The notes below the pieces were generated by a model. The model saw only the letters and a program-made list of their open reading frames with translations, did not search any database and was not told the DNA's origin. A DNA stretch of 64,000 nucleotides from Euglena gracilis (taxonomy: Eukaryota): positions 46,417,847 through 46,481,846 of the forward strand of contig CP154954.1 in NCBI GenBank assembly GCA_039621445.1, in the 5' to 3' direction. Position 1 is the stretch's first letter. Every line of letters begins with the position of its first letter. This document shows, piece by piece, positions 1 through 12,300 of the stretch. The translations under genes and the position numbers were made by a program.

Positions 1-2
1 GA

Positions 3-104
3 TCCGATGCACCAAGAGGGCGGAAGCCTCCGCCTCCTCCTCCGCCCCCCGAGGAAGATTGGGGACAGACTTCAGCATTTGAAACGGAGGCCAAGGATAC
101 CTTT
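3..104 (+). CDS. Probable exon fragment (SDAPRGRKPPPPPPPPEEDWGQTSAF...), likely part of the same gene
   Basis: Exon-like composition similar to the 801-974 exon; splice boundaries not resolved. Confidence 0.3.
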
Positions 105-800
105 TGAAAACAGACTTCTTTTTAGCACCCCCCCCCCAGGTCACCAATTGGAAAAAATTTTCTGCTTGCTGCCAAAAGCATGAAATGTGTTCCAAAGGTG
201 CTTGGTTTGAGATATCCACAATGTCCTCCCACCAAATCAAGGTTCAAACGGTTCTGCAACACCGATTTTTTGAAAATATCACAAAAAAGGCAATTTTGCT
301 GGAATCCCCCCCAAGGTCCCAATGTGGGGGATGGCAGAGTGGGTGCATGGAGGGGTTTCCCTCTATTTTCGTTGCACAGCCCCAATTTTTTTTGAACTCC
401 AAATTGCCCCCCCCCCCAAAGTGGGTGCTCCCCCTGAGAGTCCCCCTCTAAGGGGTGGGGTGGATGGGTCCGTACCCCCCAGGTCCTAAAAAACCTCTGG
501 TGCCAGGGGTGCAGTTTTTTTGGCAGGGTGTTTCCTATTTGCATGAATAGTGGTACAGAGCTTTGACATGGAAGGGGTTGTGTTTTGGGGCAGGTGGAAC
601 ATGAAAACAATTCGAACCATGTTTTTTTCGGACGGGGCCTAGCTTGGACCATGTATGTGCTGGCACCATAGCAAAACGAGCAGATTTGGTCAAAGCCTGA
701 CACAATAGGCACAACTGTCATTTTGGCCATCCTGATGGGTTTTGCGGCGTTTCTTTTTTTGACGTTCTCCAGCGGCGTTTCTTTTTTTGGGCATCTCCAG

Positions 801-3322
801 CGGCAGAAGCCTGTTGACCGACGACGTGCAACCCGACGCTGCCGCGAAGCACCGGAGGCCCAGCCATCGTCACGAGGAGCCGGCGGCTTCCCGCGGAAAG
901 TGGGATGGCCCGGTGTCCTTTGCGGAGGAGCCCGCTGAGTGGGATGACCCTCCACCCCGGGAACGTGCGCCAAGGCCAGCACTCCACCCTGCTGTGTTCT
1001 TGAGACCACCGAATGAGCGTTAGTTAGTGAGTAGATTTGTGTGCCTATCATTAATTAGGGGGAGATATTATTTATTTTGGGGTCCGTTGTTGCCCTCCCC
1101 CTTGGTGAGAAAGTGGGACTGCGTGTGCTTGTTTCTGACATTTCTCTTCGTCACTGCCCACATAGCGGATATCTCCCAAAGAATGATCCCTCTGCTGCAT
1201 ACTGGTGAAGACAAACAAAAATGGCAGAAAAATCACCAGGTACATCCAAAAAAGGTACAATGAAAAATTGATGAATTGAGCCTGTATGAATTTCAAAAAT
1301 TGTGGTCATTGCACAAAAAGTTACAAAAAATATTGGCCTGGAGAAATTGGCGAAAGAAATTTTGCAGTCATTTTTTGAGGTTGATAATCTAGCCCAACAT
1401 CCCCCCAACCCCCCCCCCTGGGCTCTGACTTCGGTGTTCAAATCATTATTATTTAGGGGGAAACACTCAAGGGGTAGGATGTTGGTGAAGGTTTGAATTT
1501 CCAATCTTAGCAAAGCCCTCCACACCTTCCTGTTTTTTTTTCTCCCCTTTTCAGGGTGCCGATATACATGTGGACTGAGGAGGATAGAGCTGAACACTGA
1601 AAATACAAAATGCCCAGACATGGAAATTGAAAACGGGCGATATTTCTGCCAAAAACCAGTGGGGACCCCCAGGGAATGATAGCAGCGAATAGCACACAAG
1701 GATCATGTCTTTGGAGTTGGGTCTGGGCTGCACAGGCCTCACACAATGCGCGTTGCAAGGGACCCTTTGGCACCACACCGGCAACCCTCCGTTCCGGCCA
1801 TCACACGGGGAGTGCTGCCCTCAAAACCAGCGGGTCAAAAAAAAGTCCGAAAAAATCGAAAAAATTTCGGACAGCCAACCATGAGTTTTTTTGGCCTCCG
1901 GCCCCAAAAGAGTGTTTTTTTGGTTTGGCCTCCCGCCCGGAAAACAAACTGTTTTTGAGCCGAAAGAGCGTTTTTGTTTTTGCCGCCAAGCCCGGGCGGA
2001 TTGGTCGTCCCAAAGAGCTCAGCTCTACGTCACACCCTGGTCGCTGAGCTCTTATCTCTTTAGAGTAAGAGCGAAGCTTACCACCCCCCCGGTTTGGGAA
2101 AACCCCCCCCCTGCATGACCCCCCCGCCCCCACCCCCGCCGCCCCCCCCCCCTGAGTAGGCAGGGAGTCCCGGATTATCGAATATGAACCAAATTTCCGG
2201 ATCCCCCAAATATGTTAAGGTTAATAGCCTATAGGTTAGGAGACGGTCCCTAGTTTGTCCAGAGCCCTTAGGTGGCCCGCACCTCCGCGCCAGGCCGGAG
2301 ATCTGGCCCGAGCAAAAAAGTTGTCTACCGTTTTTTTTTTAAAGAGAGTTTGTTGGACCGGCAACAGGGGGTCATTTTTGGGGTCAAAAAAATCGAAAAA
2401 TTCAAAATATCTCGAAAACGCCGGGGAGTTGAGAAAAACTAAAGAGTACCTCATTCCACAACTTTGGGACGCCCTATCCACCGGAACTCCCCGCCTAGCC
2501 CGAGATATGGCCGTTTTTCGGTCCAAATGGCCGTTTTGCGCACTTTTCCCACTGTCCGACTTAGCCGTTTTCAGGCCAAAAAGTCGAAAAAAATCGAAAT
2601 TTTTTTTTTCGCCCAAAACCATGTTTTTTTCCCCTCCCGGACCCGGAAAAATTGTTTTTTGAGCTGAACATGAGCCTGTTTCGCCCCGCCAGCACCCCGT
2701 TTTTGTTCGCCAACCCATTTACTTTGGGTCAAAACCGGGTCAAAAAAGTCGAAAAAAATCGAAAAAATTTTTTTTTCGCCCAAAACCATGTTTTTTTTTG
2801 TTTTGGCCTCCCGGACCCGGAAAAAGTGTTTTTGAGCCGAAAATGAGCGTTTTTTCGACCCGCCAAGCGCCCCGTTTTGGTTCGCCAACCCATTGACTTT
2901 GGGTCAAAACGAGTCAAAAAGTCGAAAAAAAATCGAAAAAAATTTTTTTTGCCCAAAACCATGTTTTTTTGGCCTCCCGGACCCGGAAAAAGTGTTTTTG
3001 AGCTGAAAATGAGCGTTTTTCGACCCGCCAGGGCCCCTTTTTGGGCCGCCAACCCATTGATTTTGGGTCAAAACCGGGTCAAAAAAGTCGAAAAATATCG
3101 AAAAAAATTTTTCGCCCAAAACCATGTTTTTGAGCCTCCTGGACCCGGAAAACATGTTTTTGAGCTGAAAATGAGCGTTTTTCGCCGGCCGAGCCGGAAT
3201 GGTCCCCCAAAGAGCTCAGCTCTACGTCACACCCTGGTCGCTGAGCTCTTATCTCTTTAGAGTAAGAGCGAAGCTTACCACCCCCCCGAAACCCCCCCCT
3301 CCCCCCCCCCCCCCCCCCCCCG

Positions 3323-3363
<41 letters not shown>

Positions 3364-6300
3364 TGAGTAGGCTCGGGCCCCCGAGGATTATCGATGTGAT
3401 TGGATTTCGGGACCCGAAAGGTTAATAGCCTATAGGTTAGGAGACGGTCCCTAGTTTGTCCAGAGCCCTTAGGTTGCCCGCAACTCCGCGCCAGGCCGGA
3501 GATCTGGCCCGAGCAAAAAAGTTGTCTACCGTTTTTTTTCCAAAAAAATTTTGTTGGACCGGCAACAGGGGGTCATTTTTGGGGTCAAAAAATCGAAAAA
3601 TTCAAAATATCTCGAAAACGCCGGGGAGTTGAGAAAAACTAAAGAGTAACTCATTCCACAACTTTGGGACGCCCTATCCACCGGTATTCGCAGTTTGGGC
3701 CAACTCCCCGCCTAGCCCGAGATACGGCCGTTTTTCGGTCCAAATGGCCGTTTTGCGCACTTTTCCCACTGTCCGACTTAGCCGTTTTCGGACAAAAAAG
3801 TCGAAAAAAGCGAAAAATTTTTTTTCGCCCAAAACCATGTTTTTTGGCCTCCCGGACCCGGAAAAAGTGTTTTTGAGCTGAAAATGAGCGTTTTTCGACC
3901 CGCCAGCGCCCCGTTTTGGTTCGCCAACCCATTGACTTTGGGTCAAAACCGGGTCAAAAAAGTCGAAAAAAATCGAAAAAAATTTTTTCGCCCAAAACCA
4001 TGTTTTTTGGCCTCCCGGACCCGGAAAAAGTGTTTTTGAGCTGAAAATGAGCGTTTTTCGACCCGCCAGAGCCCCTTTTTGGGCCGCCAACCCATTGATT
4101 TTGGGTCAAAACCGGGTCAAAAAAGTCGAAAAAAATCGAAAAAAAATTTTCGCCCAAAACCATGTTTTTTGGCCTCCCGGACCCGGAAAAAGTGTTTTTG
4201 AGCTGAAAATGAGCGTTTTTCGCCGGCCGAGCCGGAATGGTCCCCCAAAGAGCTCAGCTCTACGTCACACCCTGGTCGCTGAGCTCTTATCTCTTTAGAG
4301 TAAGAGCGAAGCTACCACCCCGGCGGCCCCCCCACCCCACCACCCCCCCCCCCCCCCGCCCCCCCCCCCCCCGCCCCCCCCCCGCCCCCCGCCCCCCCCC
4401 TGAGTAGGCCCGGGCCCCCCGGATTATCGATGTGATTGATTTCGGGACCCGAAAGGTTAATAGCCTATAGGTTAGGAGACGGTCCCTAGTTTGTCCAGAG
4501 CCCTTAGGTTGCCCGCAACTCCGCGCCAGCCGGAGATCTGGCCCGAGCAAAAAAGTTGTCTACCGTTTTTTTTTCCAAAAAAGTTTGTTGGACCGGCAAC
4601 AGGGGTCATTTTTGGGGTCAAAAAATCGAAAAATTCAAAATATCTCGAAAACGCCGGGGAGTTGAGAAAAACTAAAGAGTACCTCATTCCACAACTGCAT
4701 GTTTTTTGGCCTCCCGGACACGGAAAAAGTGTTTTTGAGCCGAAAACGAGAGTTTTTTCGACCCGCCAGCGCCCCGTTTTGGGCCGCCGACCCATTGACT
4801 TTGGGTCAAAACGGGTCCAAAAAGGCGAAAAAACATCGAAAAACTTTTTTTGCCCAAAACCATGTTTTTTGGCCTCCCGGACCCGGAAAAACTGTTTTTG
4901 AGGGGCCAAAAAATGAGCGTTTTGTGACCCCGAGCCGGCCGAGTTTCGGGTCCCCCAAAGAAGCTCAGCTCTACGTATATAGAGGGGCTGTCTTTAGAGT
5001 AAGAGCGAAGCTTACCACCCCCCCCCCCAAACCCCCCCCCCTACCCCCCACCGCCCCCCCCCCCCCCCGCCCCCCGCCCCCCCCCTCCCTGATTAGGTCC
5101 GGGCACACCGGGTTATCGATGTGACCAAATTTCCGGGCCCCCGAGTGAATTAGCCATAGGTTAGGACGGTTTCCCTATTTTTTCTCCGAGCCGTCACGTT
5201 AACCACCCGCAACTCCGCGCCAGGCCGGAGATCTGGCCCGAGCAAAAAAGTTGTCTACCGTTTTTTTTCCAAAAAAATTTTGTTGGACCGGCAACAGGGG
5301 TCATTTTTGGGGTCAAAAAATCGAAAAATTCAAAATATCTCGAAAACGCCGGGGAGTTGAGAAAAACTAAAGAGTACCTCATTCCACAACTTTGGGACGC
5401 CCTATCCACCGGTATTCGCAGTTTGGGCCAACTCCCCGCCTAGCCCGAGATACGGCCGTTTTTCGGTCCAAATGGCCGTTTTGCGCACTTTTCCCACTGT
5501 CCGACTTAGCCGTTTTCGGGCCAAAAAGTCGAAAAAAATCGAAAATTTTTTTTTCGCCCAAAACCATGTTTTTTGGCCTCCCGGACCCGGAAAAAGTGTT
5601 TTTGAGCTGAAAATGAGCGTTTTTCGACCCGCCAGCGCCCCGTTTTGGTTCGCCAACCCATTGACTTTGGGTCAAAACTGGGTCAAAAAAGTCGAAAAAA
5701 ATCGAAAAAAATTTTTCGCCCAAAACCATGTTTTTTGGCCTCCCGGACCCGGAAAACATGTTTTTGAGCTGAAAATGAGCGTTTTTCGACCCGCCAGGCC
5801 CCCGTTTAGGTTCACCGACCCATTGATTTTCGGTCAAAACCGGGTCAAAAAAGTCGAAAAAAATCGAAAATTTTTTTTTCGCCCAAAACCATGTTTTTTG
5901 GCCTCCTGGACCCGGAAAACATGTTTTTGAGCTGAAAATGAGCGTTTTTCGCCGGCCGAGCCGGAATGGTCCCCCAAAGAGCTCAGCTCTACGTCACACC
6001 CTGGTCGCTGAGCTCTTATCTCTTTAGAGTAAGAGCGAAGCTTACCACCCCCCAAACCCCCCCCCCCCCGCCCCCCCCCCCCCGCCCCCCCCCCCCCCCT
6101 GAGTAGGCTGGGCCCGCGGATTATCGATGTGATTTCCGGGACCCCAAAGTAATAGCCTATAGGTTAGGAGACGGTCCCTAGTTTGCCAGAGCCCCCCTTA
6201 CCCGCAACTCCCGCCAGGTCCGGAGATCTGGCCCGAGCAAAAAAGTTGTCTACCGTTTTTTTTTTCCGGGGAAATTGCAGGGGTCATTTTTGGGGTCAAA

Positions 6301-9300
6301 AAATCGAAAAATTCAAAATATCTCGAAAACGCCGGGGAGTTGAGAAAAACTAAAGAACCTCATTTACAACTTTGGGACGCCCTATCGATCGGTATGCGCG
6401 GTTTGGGCCAACTCCCCGCCTAGCCCGAGATACGGCCGTTTTTTTTTGGGCCATGGCCGTTTTGCCATTTCCCCGTCCGAAACCGTAATTTGCGTTTCGG
6501 GCTAGACGAGGAGTTGGAGCCCAAACCAGTCAATCATTAGGTTTTTTGACCGTTTTTTGGGGTTCCCGGGTCTGGTTTTGCGATTTTGGGCCAGTTTTTT
6601 TGGGGACCCCCGCGGGGTTCGAGGCCCGGGCTGGGGTCAAAAATCGAAAAATTCAAAATATCTCGAAAACGCTGCGGAGTTGAAAAAGTGATGGCGACCA
6701 GACGACTTTGGACGCTATCGATCGGTATGCGCGGTTTGGACAACTCCGCCTAGCCCGAGATACGGCCGTTTTGGGGGTTTTGGGCCGTTTTGCCAGGTTT
6801 TGGCCTTTGGGCCCGAAACCGTAAATTGCCGTTCTCGGGCTAGACGGGAGTTGGAAAAAGGGGAAATTATTTTTTTTGACCGTTTTTGGGGTTCCCGGGG
6901 TCTGGTTGTGCGATTTTGGGCCAGTTTTGGGTATTCGGGGCCCCCGCGCGCCGTCACCCTGTCTGGCAGTCGGACCCGAAATTTTGAAAAAATTTTTTTC
7001 GCTCAAAACATTTTTTTTTTCACTTCAGAAAAAAAGTGTTTGAGCGAAAAAAAAATTTTCCGACCCGGACCCCCCCCCCCCCCTCCATGCCCCCCCCCCC
7101 CGGCCCGCCCCCGGTGGACTTAGCCCATTTTTGGGTCAAAAAGTCGAAAAAATCGAAAAAATTTTTTTCGCCCAAAACCATGTTTTTTGGCCTCCCGGAC
7201 CCGAAAAAAGTGTTTTTGAGCCAAAAATGAGCGTTTTTTTTCGACCCGCCAGCGCCCCGTTTTGGGCCACAACCCATTGATGGGTCAAAAAAAAAAAGTC
7301 GAAAAAAAAAAATCTTTCCAAAAAATGTTGTTTGGCCTGAAAAAACATGTTGAGTGAAAAAAGTTTTCGACCCTTTTCAAATTGCGAAAAAAAACTTTTT
7401 GGCGCCAAATTTTTTGGGACAAAAAACGGGTCAAAAAAGCGAAAAAATTCGAAAAAACCGCCCCGCCGGGGGAAAAAAAAGAAAATGAATGAGCGTTTTT
7501 TCACCAACGGAATTAGAGCCACCCTCGAACCTTATCCTCTTTTGGGCCCCCGCCCCCCACCCCCCCCCCCCCCCGTTCCCCCCCCCGCCCCCCCCCCGTT
7601 CCCCCCCGAGCCGCCCCCCCCCCCCCCCGCCCCCCGAGATCTGGCCCACCCGCCGGTGGGGTCGTGACCCCCCCCCCCGTGGAGATTGACCCCCCCGCCC
7701 CCCACCGCCTATTCATTTTTTGGCACAAAAATCGAAAAATTCAATTTTGGGGGGGTTTTAAAACCATTTTACTTTCCGGGACCCGGGCCGTTTTTCGCGA
7801 AAAATTTTGAAAATGTTTTTTTTTTCGATACTCCAAAAAAAAGTGTTTTGAGCTTTTTTTTGGTGCCAAATGACTTTGGTCAAACTGGTCAAAAAGTCGA
7901 AAAAAATCGAAAAAATTTTTTTGCCCAAACCATGTTTTTTGGCCTCCTGGACCCGGAAAAAAAGTGTTTTTGAGGCTGAAAATGAGCATTTTTTCGACCC
8001 GACCCCCCCCAATGCCGGCCCCTGGATGGTTCCCCCCCCCTGGCCGGTGGACTGCCATTTTTCGGGTCAAAAAGTCAAAAAAATTGAAGATTTTTTTCGT
8101 CAAAAACCATGGTGTGTTTTGACCTCCCGGACCTGGAAAATAGCTCTTATCTCTTTAGAGCCTTAAAATGAGCTTTGTTTCAACCACGCCGGCCTCCCGG
8201 CGCCCCAGTTGGATATTTTGGGCTTGCCGAACCCGGGGCAGTTTTGCGCCGTTTTTTGGGGCCCCAGCCGGGGTCGGGTTGTGCGATTTTTTTTGGGGCC
8301 AGTTTTTTTTTTTGGTATTCGGGAGCTCGGGCCCCCCCGCGGATTATCGATGTGACCTGATTCGGGACCCGAAAATTCGCACACCCTGGTCAATGAAGGG
8401 GTGGGTGCGCGCTTATCAAGAGCTCAGCACTATTCAAAATCAAAAACCTGGTAAGGGGGGTCGCTTAGCTCTTATCTCTTTGAGTAAGAGCAAGCTTACC
8501 ACCCTAGCCTATAGGTTAGGAGACGGTCCCTAGTTTGTCCAGAGCCCTTAGGTTGCCCGCAACTCCGCGCCAGGCCGGAGATCTGGCCCGAGCAAAAAAG
8601 TTGTCTACCGTTTTTTTTTTCAAAGAAATTTTGTTGGACCGGCAACAGGGGGTCATTTTGGGGGTCAAAAAATCGAAAAATTCAAAATATCTCGAAAACG
8701 CCGGGGAGTTGAGAAAAAGTAAAGAGTACCTCATTCCTCAACTTTGGGACGCCCTATCCACCGGTATGCGCAGTTTGGGCCAACTCCCCGCCTGGCCCGA
8801 GATATGGCCGTTTTTCGGTCCAAATGGCCGTTTTGTACACTTTTCCCACTGTCCGACTTAGCCGTTTTCGGGCCAAAAAGTCGAAAAAAATCGAAAAAAT
8901 TTTTTTCGCCCAAAACCATGTTTTTTGGCCTCCCGGACCCGGAAAAAGTGTTTTTGAGCTGAAAATGAGCGTTTTTCGACCCGCCAGCGCCCCGTTTTGG
9001 TTCGCCAACCTATTGACTTTGGGTCAAAACCGGGTCAAAAAAGTCGAAAAAAATCGAAAATTTTTTTTCGCCCAAAACCATGTTTTTTGGCCGCCCGGAC
9101 CCGGAAAAAGCGTTTTTGAGCTGAAAATGAGCGTTTTTCGACCCGCCAGGGCCCCGTTTTGGTTCGCCAACCCATTGACTTCGGGTCAAACCCGGGTCAA
9201 AAAAGTCGAAAAAAATCGGAAAAAAAATTTTCGCCCAAAAGGATGTTTTTTGGCCTCCCGGACCGGGAAAACCTGTGTCTGAGCCAAAAATGAGCGTTTT

Positions 9301-12262
9301 TCCCGGGCCGGGGTGGTCTCCCAAAGAGCTCAGCTCTACGTCACACCCTGGTCGCTGAGCTCTTATCTCTTTAGAGTAAGAGCGAAGCTTACCACCGGGC
9401 CCACCCCCCCCCCCCCCCCCCCCCCCCGCCCCCCGCCCCCCCCGCCCCCCCGCCCCCCCCCCCCCCCCCCCCCCGCCCCCCCGCCCCCCCGCCCCCCCCC
9501 CCCCCCTGGGTAGGTCCGGACCCGGATTATCGATGTGACTGATTTCGGGCCCCCAAAGTGAATAGCCTATAGGTTAGGAGACGTCCCTAGTTTGTCCAGA
9601 GCCCTTCGGTTACCCGCAACTCCCGCCAGCCGGAGATATGGCCCGAGCAAAAAAGTTGTCTACCGTTTTTTTTTTTGGGGAAATTTCAGGGTAATTTTGG
9701 GGTCAAAAAATCGAAAAATTCAAAATATCTCGAAAAAGCCGCGGGAGAGAAAAAAAAGTACGTCGTTCCACAACTTTGGGACGCCCGATCGATCGGTATG
9801 CGCGGTTTGGGCCAACTCCCCGCCCAGCCCGAGATACGGCCGTTTTGGGGTTTTGGGCCAGTTTGGCCAGTTTTGGCCGTTTCGGGCCCGTTCGGGGCCC
9901 GAAACCGTAAATTGGCCGTATCTCGGGCTACACGGGGAGTTGCAGCCCAAACCAGGAGGTCAATCATTAGGTTTAGGGGGGGGTTTTGACCGTTTTTTGG
10001 GGTTCCCGGGGTCTGGTTGTGCCATTTTGGGCCATTTTTGGGTATTCGGGGACCCCTGTGGGGGTTCGACGGCCGCCGGGCTGGGGTCCAAAAATTGAAA
10101 ATTTCAAAATATCTCGAAAACGCTGCGGAGTTGAGGAAAAGTGATGGCGACCTTATTTGACGACCTTGGAACGCCCTATCGATCGGTATGCGCGATTTGG
10201 GACAACTCCTTGCCTAGCCCGAGATACGGCCATTTTGGGGGTTTTGGCCCCGTTTTGCCAGTTCTAGCCATTTCGGGGCCCGAAACCGTAAATTGGCTGT
10301 ATCTCGGGCTAGACGGGGAGTTGGGACCCAAACTGGGGGTCAAACATTACGTTTAGGGGGGGGTTTTGACCGTTTTTTGGGGTTCCCGGGGTCTGGTTGT
10401 GCGATTTTGGCCAGTTTTGGGTATTCGGGGACCCCATCGCGCGCCGTCAGGGCGGCTGGGCGAGGGGGGGTCGGGTGGCAGGTCGGGGCCCAAAATTTTG
10501 AAAATTTTTTTTTCGCTCAAAAACACTTTTTTTCACTTCAGAACATCAAAAAAAGTGTTTTTGAGCGAAAAAAAAATTTCCGACCCGGACCCCCCCATGC
10601 CCCCCCCCCTGGATGCCCCCCTGGCCGGTGGACTTAGCCTTTTTTGGGTCAAAAAGTCAAAAAAATTCAAAAAAAAATTTTTTGCCCGAAACGATGTTTT
10701 TTGACCTCCCGGACCCGAAAAAAGTGTTTTCGAGCCAAAAATGAGCGTTTTTCGACCCGCCAGCGCCCCGTTTTGGGCCGCCGACCCATTGACTTTGGGT
10801 CAAAACCGGGTGAAAAAAGTCGAAAAAAAATCGAGAAATTTTTTTTTGCCCGAAACGATGTTTTTTGGCCTCCTGGACCCAGAAAAACTGTTTTGGAGCC
10901 AAAAATGAGCATTTTTCGACCCGCCAGCGCCCCGTTTTGGGCCGCCGACCCATTGACTTTGGGTCAAAACCGGGTCAAAAAAGTCGAAAAAAATCGGAAA
11001 ATTTTTTTTGCCCCAAAACGATGTTTTTTGGCCTCCCGGACCCAAAACAACTGTTTTGAGCCAGCAAAGGAGCGTTTTTTTCTTGTTTTTTTCCCGGCCG
11101 GGCTGTGGGTGGTCTCCCCAAGAGTCTAAGTCACTACGGGTCAACCCTGGTCGCTGAGCTCTTATTTCTTTAGAGTAAGAGCGAAGCTTACCACCCCCCC
11201 CGAAACCCCCCCCTGACCCCCCCCCGCCCCCCCGCCCCCCCCGCCCCCCCCCCCCCCCCCCCGCCCCCCGCCCCCCCCCCCCCCTGAGTAGGCTCGGGCC
11301 CCCGCGGATTATCGATGTGACCTGATTTCGGGACCCGAAAGGTTAATAGCCTATAGGTTAGGAGACGGTCCCTAGTTTGTCCAGAGCCCTTAGGTTGCCC
11401 GCAACTCCGCGCCAGGCCGGAGATCTGGCCCGAGCAAAAAAGTTGTCTACCGTTTTTTTTTCCAAAAAAAGTTTGTTGGACCGGCAACAGGGGGTCATTT
11501 TTGGGGTCAAAAAATCGAAAAATTCAAAATATCTCGAAAACGCCGGGGAGTTGAGAAAAACTAAAGAGTACCTCATTCCACAACTTTGGGACGCCCTATC
11601 CACCGGTATTCGCAGTTTGGACCAACTCCCCTCCTAGCCCGAGATACAGCCGTTTTCCGTTCACATGGCCGTTTTGCGCACTTTTCCCACTGTCCGACTT
11701 AGCCGTTTTCGGGCCAAAAAGTCAAAAAAAATCGAAAATTTTTTTTTCGCCCAAAACCATGTTTTTTGGCCTCCCGGACCCGGAAAAAGTGTTTTTGAGC
11801 TGAAAATGAGCGTTTTTCGACCCGCCAGCGCCCCGTTTTGGTTCGCCAACCCATTGACTTTGGGTCAAAACTGGGTCAAAAAAGTCGAAAAAAATCGAAA
11901 AAAATTTTTTCGCCCAAAACCATGTTTTTTGGCCTCCCGGACCCGGAAAAAGCGTTTTTGAGCTGAAAATGAGCGTTTTTCGACCCGCCAGGGCCCCTTT
12001 TTGGGCCGCCAACCCATTGATTTTGGGTCAAAACCGGGTCAAAAAAGTCGAAAAATATCGAAAAAAATTTTTCGCCCAAAACCATGTTTTTGAGCCTCCT
12101 GGACCCGGAAAACATGTTTTTGAGCTGAAAATGAGCGTTTTTCGCCGGCCGAGCCGGAATGGTCCCCCAAAGAGCTCAGCTCTACGTCACACCCTGGTCG
12201 CTGAGCTCTTATCTCTTTAGAGTAAGAGCGAAGCTTACCACCCCCCCCCCGAAACCCCCCCG

Positions 12263-12300
<38 letters not shown>

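Noticed and set aside
111-499. CAG...CTG segment as a MITE or non-conventional intron
   Set aside because: The ends are loosely complementary, but there is no duplication and no convincing in-frame join.
7250-8510. Highly rearranged array units as biological recombinants
   Set aside because: The patchwork of fragments and unstable homopolymers (also ~4900-5200) looks like low-quality consensus and cannot be interpreted without reads.
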